A stretch of DNA of 64,000 nucleotides from assembly GCA_036338695.1 (NCBI GenBank), contig JAYZBQ010000048.1:128001-192000 (forward strand). The letters are read 5' to 3'. Of this stretch, positions 19,590-30,016 are shown one piece after another. The translations under genes and the position numbers were made by a program. Origin of the DNA: Myxococcota bacterium (GTDB lineage: Bacteria; Myxococcota; UBA4151). Positions within the stretch are counted from its first letter, which is position 1, and the number at the start of each line of letters is the position of its first letter. Under the pieces are notes generated by a model. The model did not search any database. It was not told where the DNA came from and was given only the letters and a program-made list of their open reading frames with translations.

Positions 19590-20693
19590 CTATCGCCCCC
19601 GCATCCGCTGGGTGCCTGACCCGGTTTGCCCGGAAGCCTCCGAGAGCGCCTTGTCGAACTCTTTGACGTCCGCTGCTCGGGTACGAGCCTCGTTCGCCGT
19701 CACCTTATTGGTCAGCACCAGCTGCACGAGGCTCTGCGTCAGGGTGAGCGTCCCCGTCTCGCCTTGGTTGATCTGCATCTGACCATAGAGCTGATGGAGC
19801 TTATCCTCTCGGATGATGTTTCGCACCGCAGGCGTCGGGTTCATGATCTCCATCGCCAGGGCGCGCCCCTTACCGTTCTTGGTCGGGAGCAGCTGCTGGC
19901 ACAAGACGCCCTCAAGGACGAAGCTCAGCTGCAGCCGGATCTGAGCCTGCTGTGACGCGTCAAAGGCGTCGACGATGCGCGTGATGGTCTGCACGCACGA
20001 GTTGGTGTGCAGCGTCGCCAGCGCCAAGTGACCGGTCTCCGCCATCTTCAGCGCGATCTCGATCGTCTCGAGGTCACGCAGCTCGCCCAGCAAAATCACG
20101 TCGGGATCTTGCCGCAAGGCTGACTTCAGGGCCCGCCCAAAGCTCTTGGTGTCGGCGCCCACCTCGCGCTGGTTGATGATGCAATTCTTGTGGTCGTGGA
20201 CAAACTCGATCGGGTCCTCGATCGTGACGATGTGTTCCCGGCGCTCTCGGTTGATCCGATCGATCATCGAAGCCAGCGTCGTCGACTTACCCGAGCCGGT
20301 CGGTCCGGTGACCAAAATCAAGCCACGCGGCCGGCGCGCCATCTCCGCAACCACGGCGGGTAGACCCAGCGCTTCGAAGCTCAAAATCTCATACGGGATC
20401 ACGCGAAAAACCGCAGCCACGTTGCCCCGTTGAACGAAAACGTTGCCACGAAACCGCGCCAAACCTTTGAGGCCGAAGCTAAAATCGAGCTCGTTGTGCT
20501 CCTCAAACTTGTGCTTCTGACTGTCCGTCATGATGGCGTAAGCCAGGCTGCGCGTGTCGTCACCCGTGAGCGGGTTCCCCGAGACACGCCGGAGCTCGCC
20601 GTGGACGCGCATACAGGGCTGAACGCCTGCGGTCAGGTGGAGATCCGAGGCGCCGACTTCGAGCATGGCGCGCAGGAGGTCAGCGATCTTCAT
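19590..20693 (-). CDS. pilT: Type IV pilus retraction ATPase PilT
   Basis: GASDLHL, GPTGSGKSTT, EDPIE, ALRQDPDVILLGE, ETGHL, AVRNIIRE. Confidence 0.96.
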   Translation of the reverse strand: MKIADLLRAMLEVGASDLHLTAGVQPCMRVHGELRRVSGNPLTGDDTRSLAYAIMTDSQKHKFEEHNELDFSFGLKGLARFRGNVFVQRGNVAAVFRVIPYEILSFEALGLPAVVAEMARRPRGLILVTGPTGSGKSTTLASMIDRINRERREHIVTIEDPIEFVHDHKNCIINQREVGADTKSFGRALKSALRQDPDVILLGELRDLETIEIALKMAETGHLALATLHTNSCVQTITRIVDAFDASQQAQIRLQLSFVLEGVLCQQLLPTKNGKGRALAMEIMNPTPAVRNIIREDKLHQLYGQMQINQGETGTLTLTQSLVQLVLTNKVTANEARTRAADVKEFDKALSEASGQTGSGTQRMRGR

Positions 20694-20696
20694 CGA

Positions 20697-22433
20697 TCAG
20701 TCCGCACCCGAGACACGCAGCACCTCATCAACCGTCGTGACGCCCTCGATGAGCTTATTCAGCCCGGCGCGGCGGATCGTGTCCATACCGCTCCGGATCG
20801 CCTGCTCCTTGAGCTCAGCCGTTGAAGCCCCCTGAAGCACGAGGTCACGCATGTCGTCGTCCATCTCGAGCACCTCATACAGCGCCACGCGGCCTTTGTA
20901 GCCCGTATCGTTGCAGCGCTTACAGCCCGTCCCCTTCTTGAAGACGAAGGTCTCGCTCTCGATCCCCTCCTTGGCTTCGGACTCGCTCATCCCAAGGTCG
21001 ACCAACTCCTCGACCGTGATCTCAATCGGCGCAGCGCACTCCGAGCAGACGCGGCGCGCCAGGCGCTGAGCCACCACCAAGTTCAACGAGGCGGTCACGA
21101 GGAAGGGCTCAATCCCCATATTCACCAAGCGCGTCACCGTCGAGGGTGCGTCGTTGGTGTGCAGAGTCGATAACACCATATGCCCGGTGAGCGCCGCCTT
21201 AATGGCGATCTCACCCGTCTCGAAGTCGCGGATCTCACCGACCATGATGATGTCGGGATCCTGACGCAAGAACGAGCGCAGCGTGGCGGCGAAGTTCAAG
21301 CCGATGTCTTCGTGCTGCTGCACCTGGTTGATCCCCGGCAGGTTGAACTCCACCGGGTCCTCAGCGGTGCTCAAGTTCACCTCGGGGGTGTTGAGTTCCG
21401 ACAAGGCGGAGTACAACGTCGTCGTCTTTCCCGACCCCGTCGGTCCGGTCACCAAGCACATCCCGAAAGGCTGGTGGATGTTGCGCTTGAACTTTTCAAG
21501 GGGCTTGGGCTCGAAACCCAGCTTGGTCATATCGAGCTGCAAGTTCGACTTATCGAGCAGGCGCAAGACCGTCTTTTCGCCGAACAGCGTCGGGCAAACG
21601 GAGACACGATAGTCCATCTCTCGCCCGCGACCTAGCTTGAGCTTGATGCGACCATCTTGAGGCAGTCGACGCTCGGCGATGTCGAGGTTCGAGATGATTT
21701 TGATACGGCTCGTGACCGGGACCTTAAGTTTGAGCGGCAGCCGCATCTGCTCGTAGAGCACACCGTCGATTCGATACCGAATGCGAAAGTCCTTCTCGTA
21801 GGGCTCGACGTGGATATCGGACGCGTTTCGCTTGATCGCCTCGAGCAAGATCATGTTGACGAGCTTGATGATCGGCGCCTCGTCAGCGTCGGCGCCGAGA
21901 TCCATCCCGCCGCCTTCTTCTGCCTTGTCGAAGTCGACGTCACCAAACTCCTCGAGCACCTCGTCCATGTCGTAGCCAGGGAGCTGCTCTTGCTGTTCGC
22001 CAGCTGCCTCGCCGCCATAGTAGTTGTCGATGTGCTCAAGGATCTGCTGCTCGCTCGCCACCCCAGGGATGATCTGAAGGCGCGTAATAAACTTGAGGTC
22101 TTCGAGCGCATCCAGATCCGTCGGGTCGGCCATCGCCACCACCAGGCCGCTACCCGTCCGGTTCACCGGGATCACCAAATGCCTCAGCGCGTTCTCTTTG
22201 GTGATCAGGTTGTAGACGGCGGGCTCGATCTCCCAGGCGTCGAGGTCAATACTCGGGACGCCGTACTGCTGGGACAGGAACTGTGTGAGATCGCTCGCCT
22301 CGATGTACCCAAGCTTGGTCAGCGCATATCCAAGGCGCTCGCCCGACCCCCGCTGGCGCGTCTCCGCTTCCTGAAGCTGCGCAATGTTGATGAGGTTTTC
22401 TCGAACGAGGAGTTCGCCAAGACGCTGGTTCAT
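20697..22433 (-). CDS. pilB: Type IV pilus assembly ATPase PilB
   Basis: N-terminal RLGELLV/RLGYAL (MshEN-like), ASDIHVEP, GPTGSGKTTT, LRQDPD, tetracysteine zinc motif, GYKGR. Confidence 0.96.
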   Translation of the reverse strand: MNQRLGELLVRENLINIAQLQEAETRQRGSGERLGYALTKLGYIEASDLTQFLSQQYGVPSIDLDAWEIEPAVYNLITKENALRHLVIPVNRTGSGLVVAMADPTDLDALEDLKFITRLQIIPGVASEQQILEHIDNYYGGEAAGEQQEQLPGYDMDEVLEEFGDVDFDKAEEGGGMDLGADADEAPIIKLVNMILLEAIKRNASDIHVEPYEKDFRIRYRIDGVLYEQMRLPLKLKVPVTSRIKIISNLDIAERRLPQDGRIKLKLGRGREMDYRVSVCPTLFGEKTVLRLLDKSNLQLDMTKLGFEPKPLEKFKRNIHQPFGMCLVTGPTGSGKTTTLYSALSELNTPEVNLSTAEDPVEFNLPGINQVQQHEDIGLNFAATLRSFLRQDPDIIMVGEIRDFETGEIAIKAALTGHMVLSTLHTNDAPSTVTRLVNMGIEPFLVTASLNLVVAQRLARRVCSECAAPIEITVEELVDLGMSESEAKEGIESETFVFKKGTGCKRCNDTGYKGRVALYEVLEMDDDMRDLVLQGASTAELKEQAIRSGMDTIRRAGLNKLIEGVTTVDEVLRVSGAD

Positions 22434-22550
22434 GGTTACCCTTATAGACTCTGACGCGACGCCTCAGGATGTGGCGCCGTCGAATGTGCCCTGAGCTTAC
22501 CGCTAGCGGGGTCCCACTGTCAAAATGCAGCGCAGCATGAAATCAGGGGG

Positions 22551-22931
22551 TCAGGTGTCTTTGATCAGCTTGAGCGCAGGCCGCGGTCTCGGCGGCGTTG
22601 AGCGCCCATCGCTGTGCCCTTCGAGGACCGTGAAATCAGGCGCCGGTTTGGGCTCAGGGACGTGGTCAGCCACGATCGCCAAAAGCGCCTCCCAAGGGAC
22701 CAAACAGCGAAAGGGCGTGCCTCCAAAACGGAGCGTCGCCTCGATCCGTTCGGCTCCGAGCGTCAGGTCGATACCTGGCGCCTGCCACGCGATCACGAGC
22801 GGGACGCTCTCGCGATCCATGAGGTGAGAGGGGAGCGCGACGCCATGAACCCGCGGGTCTAAGTGGATATAGACTTTTCCACGCCCCAAGGCCTCTTCGA
22901 GCGCGGCGCGCAGCTTCTCAGGCGTCATCAT
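22551..22931 (-). CDS. sspB: ClpXP adaptor SspB-like protein
   Basis: IHLDPRVHGVALP...ATLRFGGTPFRCLVPWEAL and C-terminal RPALKLIK tail. Confidence 0.8.
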   Translation of the reverse strand: MMTPEKLRAALEEALGRGKVYIHLDPRVHGVALPSHLMDRESVPLVIAWQAPGIDLTLGAERIEATLRFGGTPFRCLVPWEALLAIVADHVPEPKPAPDFTVLEGHSDGRSTPPRPRPALKLIKDT

Positions 22932-23338
22932 GGGGCGCGCAACCGAGCCTGGACCTGATCGGCCCATGGCAGCGAGCGGTTGCTGCCGTCGGTCTGCACA
23001 AAAGTCACCTCACAGCGACAGATCCGGTGCCGAGGCCGCCCAGCCGTGGGGTTGACAAGCACCTGCACGGAGATCGTGATCGAGGACCGCCCCAGTCGAT
23101 CCAGGCGGCACCAGATCTCAACCACGTCGTTCAGCTGCCCAGGCGCCTCGAAAATAACCTCACCAAACTTGACGGTCACGACGTCTTTCGTGTCGGTCAG
23201 GTCGATCACGTAGCCAGCCACCGCGGTGTCGACCCACTCGAGCAAGCGCCCGCCAAAGAGCCGTCCTTGCGCGTTGAGGTCAGGATACATGATCAGCCGC
23301 CGATCGCAGCGCTCAAAACCCTCGAGTTCTTCGCTCAT
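22928..23338 (-). CDS. Acyl-CoA thioesterase (hotdog fold)
   Basis: [32 protein letters not shown]. Confidence 0.85.
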   Translation of the reverse strand: MSEELEGFERCDRRLIMYPDLNAQGRLFGGRLLEWVDTAVAGYVIDLTDTKDVVTVKFGEVIFEAPGQLNDVVEIWCRLDRLGRSSITISVQVLVNPTAGRPRHRICRCEVTFVQTDGSNRSLPWADQVQARLRAP

Positions 23339-23517
23339 GATTCCTGCCCTCGCCGCGCAATCTCTAGCTCGACTTCGTCGGGCGGCTCGTCGCTCGCGAT
23401 GCGATACGACCCACTAAACCACCGTCCTAAGTCAACGTCTTGGCATCGCTTTGAGCAAAAGGGGCGGAACGAAATCTTGGCGTCATAGGTCTTTGAACAG
23501 ATCGGACAGGTCGGCAT
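23335..23517 (-). CDS. yacG: DNA gyrase inhibitor YacG
   Basis: CPIC...[16 protein letters not shown]...YRI. Confidence 0.92.
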   Translation of the reverse strand: MPTCPICSKTYDAKISFRPFCSKRCQDVDLGRWFSGSYRIASDEPPDEVELEIARRGQES

Positions 23518-24959
23518 CAGTGCACCATCTCGGCGTTGTCTCGACGCACCGCTTGCGGTGTGAACAGGGTGTATTGAGCTCGGAAGTCGAGCATCACGGC
23601 GCCGCGGTCACCGTGACGGTTCTTTAGGACCAGCAGCTTGACCGTGCTGGCGTCGTCGATGGACTCGTCGTCGTCCTCGTCGGCCTTGCTCGGTTTGTGC
23701 AGCACCAAGACCGAGTCGGCGTCTTGCTCAATGGCGCCCGACTCACGAAGGTCAGACAGGCGCGGCTCTCGATCCCCCTTGGACTTACCGTCCTCGCCGA
23801 CAGCCCCCTCCTGCTCCACCTGGCGGCGCAGCTGACTCAGAGCGATGACCGTGATGCCGAGCTCCTTCGCCAAGCCCTTGAGCCCCTTCGAGATCTCAGC
23901 GACCTCTTGCTCACGGCTTCGGTTTTTGGATCCGCCCGCCGACGCCCGCATCAGCTGCAGGTAATCGATCACGATGACCCCGAGTTTCTTTTGACCGTCG
24001 ATCTTTTTAACCTGTCGCTCCAGATTTCGTGTCCGGTGCCGGACATCGGCTAAGGTCAGACCGGGCTGGTCATCCACATGAATGATGGTGTTGTCCATGG
24101 CAGCGACGGCGTCGCCCATGCGCTCCATCACCTTGAAAAATCGATCCGGGTCGGTCTCAAAGGTCGGCATGTTCCGCTTGAGGTCGAGCATATTGACCTT
24201 CGCCGTGCTCGCGAGCAGACGCTCCACCAGCTCTTGCGCCGGCATCTCGAGGCTGAACACCCCGACGGCGCAGTCGTTGAGGCGAGCGACGTTCGCCGCC
24301 ATAGTCAGCGCCAGCGAGGTCTTACCCATCCCAGGGCGCGCGCCGAGGACTACAAAGTGACCAGGCTGCAAGCCGCCGAGGTAGCGGTCTAAGCGCTCGA
24401 ACCCCGTCACCAAGCCGCGCTTGGTTCCAAAAGTTCCCTCGGTCATCTTGCTGGTGATGTCTTTCATCACGTCGACCATGTCGATCATGCCCTGGCCGCT
24501 GTCGCGACGGTCCCTGATCTTCATGATCCGCTGCTCTGCGGCGTCGAGCTTGTCACCAACCTCGACCTCCTTCTCTTGCGCCGCCTGAATGATGTCTTGC
24601 GCCGCCTGGATGAGCTGTCGCAGCTGCGCCTGTTCCGAGATGATCTGCCCCGATCGCTGGATCGACGCTTTGGGGATCATCTGTGCGGCGACGATCTGTT
24701 CGATGTACTCAGCGCCTCCTGCGGTCTGCAGCGCCCCTTGCCGCCTGAGGCGGTCGATCACCACCAGGCTCGGCGCATCGGCGCCGCCCCCTTCAGACTC
24801 TTGGCAGATCGACTCGAAGATAAGCCGGTGCCGTCGGTCATAAAAATCTTCCGGCTGGACGCTCCGAAGGTGATCTTCGTTGAGCTCGGTGGCGAGCATG
24901 AGGCCGCCCAAGAACGTACGTTCTGCTTCGAGATCGATGGGTTGTTGACCCGCTTCCAT
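23517..24959 (-). CDS. dnaB: Replicative DNA helicase
   Basis: [51 protein letters not shown]. Confidence 0.96.
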   Translation of the reverse strand: MEAGQQPIDLEAERTFLGGLMLATELNEDHLRSVQPEDFYDRRHRLIFESICQESEGGGADAPSLVVIDRLRRQGALQTAGGAEYIEQIVAAQMIPKASIQRSGQIISEQAQLRQLIQAAQDIIQAAQEKEVEVGDKLDAAEQRIMKIRDRRDSGQGMIDMVDVMKDITSKMTEGTFGTKRGLVTGFERLDRYLGGLQPGHFVVLGARPGMGKTSLALTMAANVARLNDCAVGVFSLEMPAQELVERLLASTAKVNMLDLKRNMPTFETDPDRFFKVMERMGDAVAAMDNTIIHVDDQPGLTLADVRHRTRNLERQVKKIDGQKKLGVIVIDYLQLMRASAGGSKNRSREQEVAEISKGLKGLAKELGITVIALSQLRRQVEQEGAVGEDGKSKGDREPRLSDLRESGAIEQDADSVLVLHKPSKADEDDDESIDDASTVKLLVLKNRHGDRGAVMLDFRAQYTLFTPQAVRRDNAEMVH

Positions 24960-25099
24960 ACACAATGACCCAACTGGCGCGCAGCCAAGAACCGATAAAT
25001 CCTTCAGATAGCTGAAGAAGCCAAGAGGCACCCGCCTTGCTTCTCAACCGGACGAACGACCTTGACGCCGACCCGCCACCCCCTCTTTTAGACAAGCCC

Positions 25100-25693
25100 A
25101 TGGATCTTCCTCAAGCCCACCCTGCACGACTCGAAGAAATTCTTGAGCGACTCCTCCCTGGACTCGCTTGGCCAGCGCGGCTGAGCGTCACCGGCCTCGC
25201 GCACCTGTGCGCCAAAAACCCATCTCGGGACTCACGCCTCGAGGCGCTCCAGCAGCTGATCACGTACCTTTCAACGCCCGAGCCGACACCAGTCATGAGC
25301 GATGCGCACCAGGTCGACCAACTCCTCGCCGGTGAGCTCGCCTTCAGCGCCGTTGAGCGTGTCTTCGTGGTCCCACTCGACGGCCAGGGGCGCCCGATCC
25401 ACGCTCACGAGCTGAGCCAAGGGACACTTGAGTCCTGCTCCGTCCCCCTTCGTGCCCTCGTCCATCACCTGCTCGACGTCGGCGCCAGCCGCTTCATCTT
25501 GGTGCACAACCATCCCAGCGGAGACGCCACCCCCAGCGACCAAGACCGCCGGATCACCGAGCGTTTACGGGCTCGCTGCGCGCCGCTCGATCTGACCTTA
25601 GTCGATCACGTCGTGATCGCCCGAAACGGGTACGGTTCTGCGCGCTTCAGCGAAGCCGTCACGCCGCGCGCTTGGCTTCGATTCGCTGGCTAG
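25100..25693 (+). CDS. radC: RadC-family JAB-domain protein
   Basis: E...HNHPSGDATPSDQD...LVDHVVI JAB motif. Confidence 0.85.
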   Translation: MDLPQAHPARLEEILERLLPGLAWPARLSVTGLAHLCAKNPSRDSRLEALQQLITYLSTPEPTPVMSDAHQVDQLLAGELAFSAVERVFVVPLDGQGRPIHAHELSQGTLESCSVPLRALVHHLLDVGASRFILVHNHPSGDATPSDQDRRITERLRARCAPLDLTLVDHVVIARNGYGSARFSEAVTPRAWLRFAG

Positions 25694-26388
25694 AACGGGA
25701 CGGAGTCGTCGCCATCCTCACCGTCGAAGTTGAAGCCTTGATTGGGCGCTGGCTGCGGGGCGTTTGAGACCGGCGCTGCGGCCGGCTGTGCGGCCGGCTG
25801 CGCGGGCGGCGCCGTGCTCGCCTGAGGCGCCTGGCTGCCGTAGGCGTTGCCGTAACCGGAGCTCTGTGCCCCATAACCGCCATAGCCACCGCCTTGCTGA
25901 CCGCCGCCGTAGCCGCCGCCTTGCTGACCGCCGCCGTAGCCGCCGCCTTGTTGACCGCCGCCGTAGCCGCCGCCTTGTTGACCCCCGCCATAGCCGCCGC
26001 CTTGCTTGCTGCCGCCGTAGCCGCCGCCTGATGAACCTGAGTAACTATCGGACTCGCCGCGCCCACCGAGAAACTGAACGATCTGCGCCACGACTTCGGT
26101 CTTGTAGCGCTTTTTACCCTCTTGATCGTCCCAACTGCGCGTCTGCATACGCCCTTCAACGTACACCGAGCGCCCTTTGGACAAGAACTTACCAGCGTTC
26201 TCAGCGGTGCGCCCGAAGGTCACAACGGTCACCCACTCTGTCTGATCTTCCCACTGCCCGTCTTGGGTCCGGCGGCGATCCGTACACGCTAAACGGAGCT
26301 CGCACACCGGCGTGCCCGAGTTCGTCATTCGGACCTCAGGGTCTTGCCCAAGGTTTCCGATCAAAATCACTTTGTTTACGCCCGCCAT
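25690..26388 (-). CDS. ssb: Single-stranded DNA-binding protein
   Basis: GVNKVILIGNLGQDPE, KGRSVYVEGRMQTRSW, acidic tip DDSVPF. Confidence 0.97.
   Translation of the reverse strand: MAGVNKVILIGNLGQDPEVRMTNSGTPVCELRLACTDRRRTQDGQWEDQTEWVTVVTFGRTAENAGKFLSKGRSVYVEGRMQTRSWDDQEGKKRYKTEVVAQIVQFLGGRGESDSYSGSSGGGYGGSKQGGGYGGGQQGGGYGGGQQGGGYGGGQQGGGYGGGQQGGGYGGYGAQSSGYGNAYGSQAPQASTAPPAQPAAQPAAAPVSNAPQPAPNQGFNFDGEDGDDSVPF
25871..26028 (-). repeat. 27-bp coding tandem repeat (GGGYGGGQQ) in the SSB linker
   Basis: Four perfect GGGYGGGQQ units flanked by GGGYGGSKQ and GGGYGGYG. Confidence 0.9.
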
Positions 26389-26557
26389 AATCGACCTCTC
26401 TGATGCGCTTAGGCACCCCATCGAACCTGTGCAGCGGCTCATAACGACTTTGACCGCAAGCCACCACTACCTTCCATCGCCTCATGATCAATTACCCCTC
26501 TGACACGCTCCATAGCGGCACGGACACCACCTGCTGACAAGCGGCGCAGCGGCGCTG

Positions 26558-26626
26558 AAAAAACGGTCCTAGCCGGATGAACGCACGACCCCTCGGGAGG
26601 GGCCCACAACCGGCCGAGATGGCCGT
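26558..26626 (-). terminator. Possible dacB terminator (long imperfect hairpin + U6)
   Basis: On the minus strand: nested ACGGCC/GACCGT, GGCCGG/CCGGCT and GGCCCCTC/GAGGGGTC arms, then TTTTTT, starting about 45 nt after the dacB stop. Confidence 0.4.
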
Positions 26627-26670
26627 GTCTCGAATCGATCGACGGTCGAGTAAGGGGCGCAGTCGCTATT

Positions 26671-28284
26671 CTACTTTTTGGTTTTTGCGACCTTTTCGGG
26701 GCGCGTCCACGTCGTGGGTCCACCGTGGAGCGGCAAGCTCGAGAGCGCCTCGATGATCTGGTCAACCGCCTTGTTGGCGCGCCGCGTCGAGACGCTCAAG
26801 CCATTGACCAACACCGTAAACGCAACGACGACGCGGTCGCGGCTCATCACATAACCGCTCAACGCCGTCACGCCCGTCAACGTACCGGTCTTGGCGCGCA
26901 CTTTGTGATGAACCGCCTCACCGGTCAGGCGCTTTCGAACGGTCCCCGTTGCGCCGGAGACGCCCAAGCTTGGGATCAGCTCGTAGGCGATCTCACGTGT
27001 CCGATAGATGTAATCGAGCAAGCGCACCACGAGCGCCGCCGAGAAGCGGTTGGTGTCGTTCAAGCCCGAGCCGTTGCGCATCAGGTACTGATCAGGCGCC
27101 ACCCCAAGCTCCTCCTTGAGGAACCGCTGCACTGCCTCGACCCCGTTACTCCACGAGCCAGGCTCCTTGAAAACCACGGCGCCGAGGCTCTTGAGGATCA
27201 TCTCAGCCACCAGGTTGTTCGAGTACTTGTTCAGATCATCGAGGATCTCAGAGAGCCGGCGCGACACAAAGGTGTGGAAGCGCTCAGCGCCTTTGGGGAC
27301 CTGCCCGACGCGCACCGTACCCCCGACCTTAATGCCGCGACGCAAAAGCATATCACGGAAGGTAAACCCGGCGTAGAGCGGCGGATTATCGACCTTTCTC
27401 CAGATCACCTTCGGGTTCTGGTCTGCGCCGATCCAACCGCGCGCCCTAAGCGCTTGCCGCCCCTTGTTCGCCGCCGCCTTCGAGCCGACCATCAAGTACT
27501 GCCCAACCCCTCGGCGCGTGGCGATCTTCCCGTCGAGCTCGACGTAGGGGGTATCGGGCTCCACCGACACCACCGCAGAGGCGCCAGGTTTCTCCCCCGG
27601 TCGGATGTGCACGCCCACGGCGTTGAAGTTGACCGACATGGCGCCTACCGGAGCCATGTACGCAAAATCGGTGTTCTCCATATCAAAGCCGGGACCCACG
27701 CGCTCTTGATCAAAGAAGGACTCGTCGATGATCAGATCCCCCTTCACCTCACGCAGCCCCAGATGATGTAGCTCCGTGACCCAAAGCCACAACCGCTCCG
27801 TAACCAACGTCGGGTCACCGCCGCCCTTGATGTAGAGGTTTCCGTTGAGCACCCCCGAAGACAGCTGCTCGGGTTTGAGCCAGACCGTCGACTCGAATCG
27901 GTACTCAGGCTTGAGATAATGGAGCGCTGCGGCGCCGGTGAACAGCTTGACCACCGAAGCCGGGTTCAACAACGCGTTAGGCCGATACGCAAAGATCGTT
28001 CGCCCGCGGTTAAGATCCACGGCGACCATCCCGACCTTTGCCTTGCGCAGAATCGGACCTTCGAGCGCCTCGATGATCGCCTGGCCAGCGGTCTTGCCCT
28101 CGATCGCTGGCTGGCTCGCCAAATTGCTCGACGCATCCCCGAGATCGCTGCTGACGCTCTGGTTGGCCTGAGCCATTAAATCATGAGTGAATTCAGGTGT
28201 CACCGGCACACTCGGCGGAACGGGCACAGGCGTAGCGAGCACGGGCGCCATGACCGAAAGGCACAAGCCGACCAGTCCACTCAT
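26671..28284 (-). CDS. dacB: D-Ala-D-Ala carboxypeptidase/endopeptidase (PBP4, S13)
   Basis: PASVVK (SxxK), GGGDPTL, SNN, NGSGL, AKTGTL. Start placed at MSGLVGLCL. Confidence 0.93.
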   Translation of the reverse strand: MSGLVGLCLSVMAPVLATPVPVPPSVPVTPEFTHDLMAQANQSVSSDLGDASSNLASQPAIEGKTAGQAIIEALEGPILRKAKVGMVAVDLNRGRTIFAYRPNALLNPASVVKLFTGAAALHYLKPEYRFESTVWLKPEQLSSGVLNGNLYIKGGGDPTLVTERLWLWVTELHHLGLREVKGDLIIDESFFDQERVGPGFDMENTDFAYMAPVGAMSVNFNAVGVHIRPGEKPGASAVVSVEPDTPYVELDGKIATRRGVGQYLMVGSKAAANKGRQALRARGWIGADQNPKVIWRKVDNPPLYAGFTFRDMLLRRGIKVGGTVRVGQVPKGAERFHTFVSRRLSEILDDLNKYSNNLVAEMILKSLGAVVFKEPGSWSNGVEAVQRFLKEELGVAPDQYLMRNGSGLNDTNRFSAALVVRLLDYIYRTREIAYELIPSLGVSGATGTVRKRLTGEAVHHKVRAKTGTLTGVTALSGYVMSRDRVVVAFTVLVNGLSVSTRRANKAVDQIIEALSSLPLHGGPTTWTRPEKVAKTKK

Positions 28285-28342
28285 ACGCCAGAGCCAATTG
28301 CTGGCTTGGCCCGCGGGGCGTTGCTCTGCTAACCAGCCGCCT

Positions 28343-30016
28343 ATGATTCGCCTGCTCACCTTATGCTCCCTTCTTGTGAGCGCCTGCGCGCCGGGCCCTG
28401 CGGCTCAGTCGGAGCACCGCCTGAGCGTCTTGATCTCGGACCCGCCCGAGTCGCTGGACCCACGCCGAGGAAGCTCGGCGGTTGAGATGCGGGTGCAGGA
28501 GCTGCTCTTTCGCGGGCTGGTCAAAGTCGCCGACGACCTGAGCGTTGTCGAGGACTTGGCTGAGTCGATCCGCGTTGAAGAAGCACAGCACCTGATCATC
28601 ACCCTCAAGAAGAAGATTTCATTCCACACGTGTTTTGACGGCACACCCGGCGGGACGCTTAAGGCGAAAGATGTCATCTACTCGTATCAGAGCCTGCGCG
28701 ACCCGGCGGTGCAAAGCCGCAAACAGCGGATTCTCGCGGACGTCGATCGCATCGACACCCCGGATCCCGAAGGGCTCGAGGTCCACATCCACCTGCGCAA
28801 ACCGATCGCGTCGTGGTTGGGCGAGAACGGCACCCTCGGAATCGTCGAGGCAGCCTGCGCCCAAAAGGACGCCAAGGCCTTTGCTCGAGCGCCGGCTGGA
28901 ACGGGCGCATTCGCCTTTGAGCGTCGCGACGCTGATCGACGCATCTTGCTCAAGCGTTTCGACGCGAGCGTCGCGTTCGAACAGATCGAACTACGGGTCG
29001 TTGCGGACGAAACCAGCCGCATCCTCGAGCTGCTCAAAGGGCGCGCCGACGTGCTCACGGTGACGCCATCTCGGCCCCTGCTCGCGCCCCTGCAGCGACG
29101 CGACGAGCTCGAGCTGATCAGCGCGCCTGGCAACGGCTACTCCTACCTTGCCTTCAACCTGCGACTTCCGGAGCTAAGCGACGTGCGTATCCGCCGCGCC
29201 GTGGCGCTGGCGATCGACCGGGCGGCGATTATCGAACACAAGTACCTCGGGCTGGCGCGCCCGAGCGCTGCGATGACGCCGCCTGACCACTGGGCGCATC
29301 CCAAGGGGCTGGCGCCCACAGAGCACGACCCTCGCAAGGCAGCCGCCTTACTCAGCGCCGCCGGGTGGTACGCCAACCCCGAACTGCTCGATACGCCACC
29401 CACCACAAGCGAGCGACCGAAGCTGACGCTGGAAATGCGAACCACCCCTGAAAAATTTGGGCGAGCGTTGAGCCTGGTGCTGCAACAACAGTTGCGCCAC
29501 GTCGGCATCGACCTGGTCCTGCGCGTCAACGACTGGGGGACGCTCTACAGCCAAGTCAAGAAGGGCAACTTTCAGCTCGTTCGGATGGAGTGGATCCCCG
29601 TCCTCTCGCCCGCTCTGCTCGACTGGGTTTTCCACTCGCATGCGCAGCCGGACCAAGCTGGTGCGTGCGCAACCGCCGCCGACTGTCCCGGCGGTGCGGC
29701 GCCCGGCGCCTCGACCAGCCACGCGCGTTACAACTGCTCGAGCGGTATCTGCAAACGCAACGGCGGCAACCGCGGAGGCTACAGCAACCCGCGCGTCGAT
29801 GCGCTCCTCAACTCAGCGCTCCAAGAGAGCGACCCGGATCAGCAGCGACAACGCTACGACAAAGTACAGCGGATCCTAGCGCGCGAGCTCCCCTACGTCA
29901 GCTTGTGGCATGAAGACCGCGTCTGGATCGTTCGAAAGCCGTGGCAGGGTATCTCGCTCAAGCCATCAGGATCGTTCCACGGGCTCCTGACCGCCAAGAG
30001 GACGAAGGCGCCATGA
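28343..30016 (+). CDS. Peptide ABC transporter solute-binding lipoprotein (family 5)
   Basis: Lipobox VSAC, SLDP, DLAES, GTGAF, YLAFN, DVRIRRAVALAIDR, NRGGYSNPRVD. Confidence 0.92.
   Translation: MIRLLTLCSLLVSACAPGPAAQSEHRLSVLISDPPESLDPRRGSSAVEMRVQELLFRGLVKVADDLSVVEDLAESIRVEEAQHLIITLKKKISFHTCFDGTPGGTLKAKDVIYSYQSLRDPAVQSRKQRILADVDRIDTPDPEGLEVHIHLRKPIASWLGENGTLGIVEAACAQKDAKAFARAPAGTGAFAFERRDADRRILLKRFDASVAFEQIELRVVADETSRILELLKGRADVLTVTPSRPLLAPLQRRDELELISAPGNGYSYLAFNLRLPELSDVRIRRAVALAIDRAAIIEHKYLGLARPSAAMTPPDHWAHPKGLAPTEHDPRKAAALLSAAGWYANPELLDTPPTTSERPKLTLEMRTTPEKFGRALSLVLQQQLRHVGIDLVLRVNDWGTLYSQVKKGNFQLVRMEWIPVLSPALLDWVFHSHAQPDQAGACATAADCPGGAAPGASTSHARYNCSSGICKRNGGNRGGYSNPRVDALLNSALQESDPDQQRQRYDKVQRILARELPYVSLWHEDRVWIVRKPWQGISLKPSGSFHGLLTAKRTKAP

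Noticed and set aside
23517..24959. Intein in DnaB
   Set aside because: Normal length (~480 aa) with contiguous helicase motifs.
25100..25693. radC as a marker of a mobile element
   Set aside because: It is flanked by dnaB and ssb/dacB, with no mobility genes or compositional shift.
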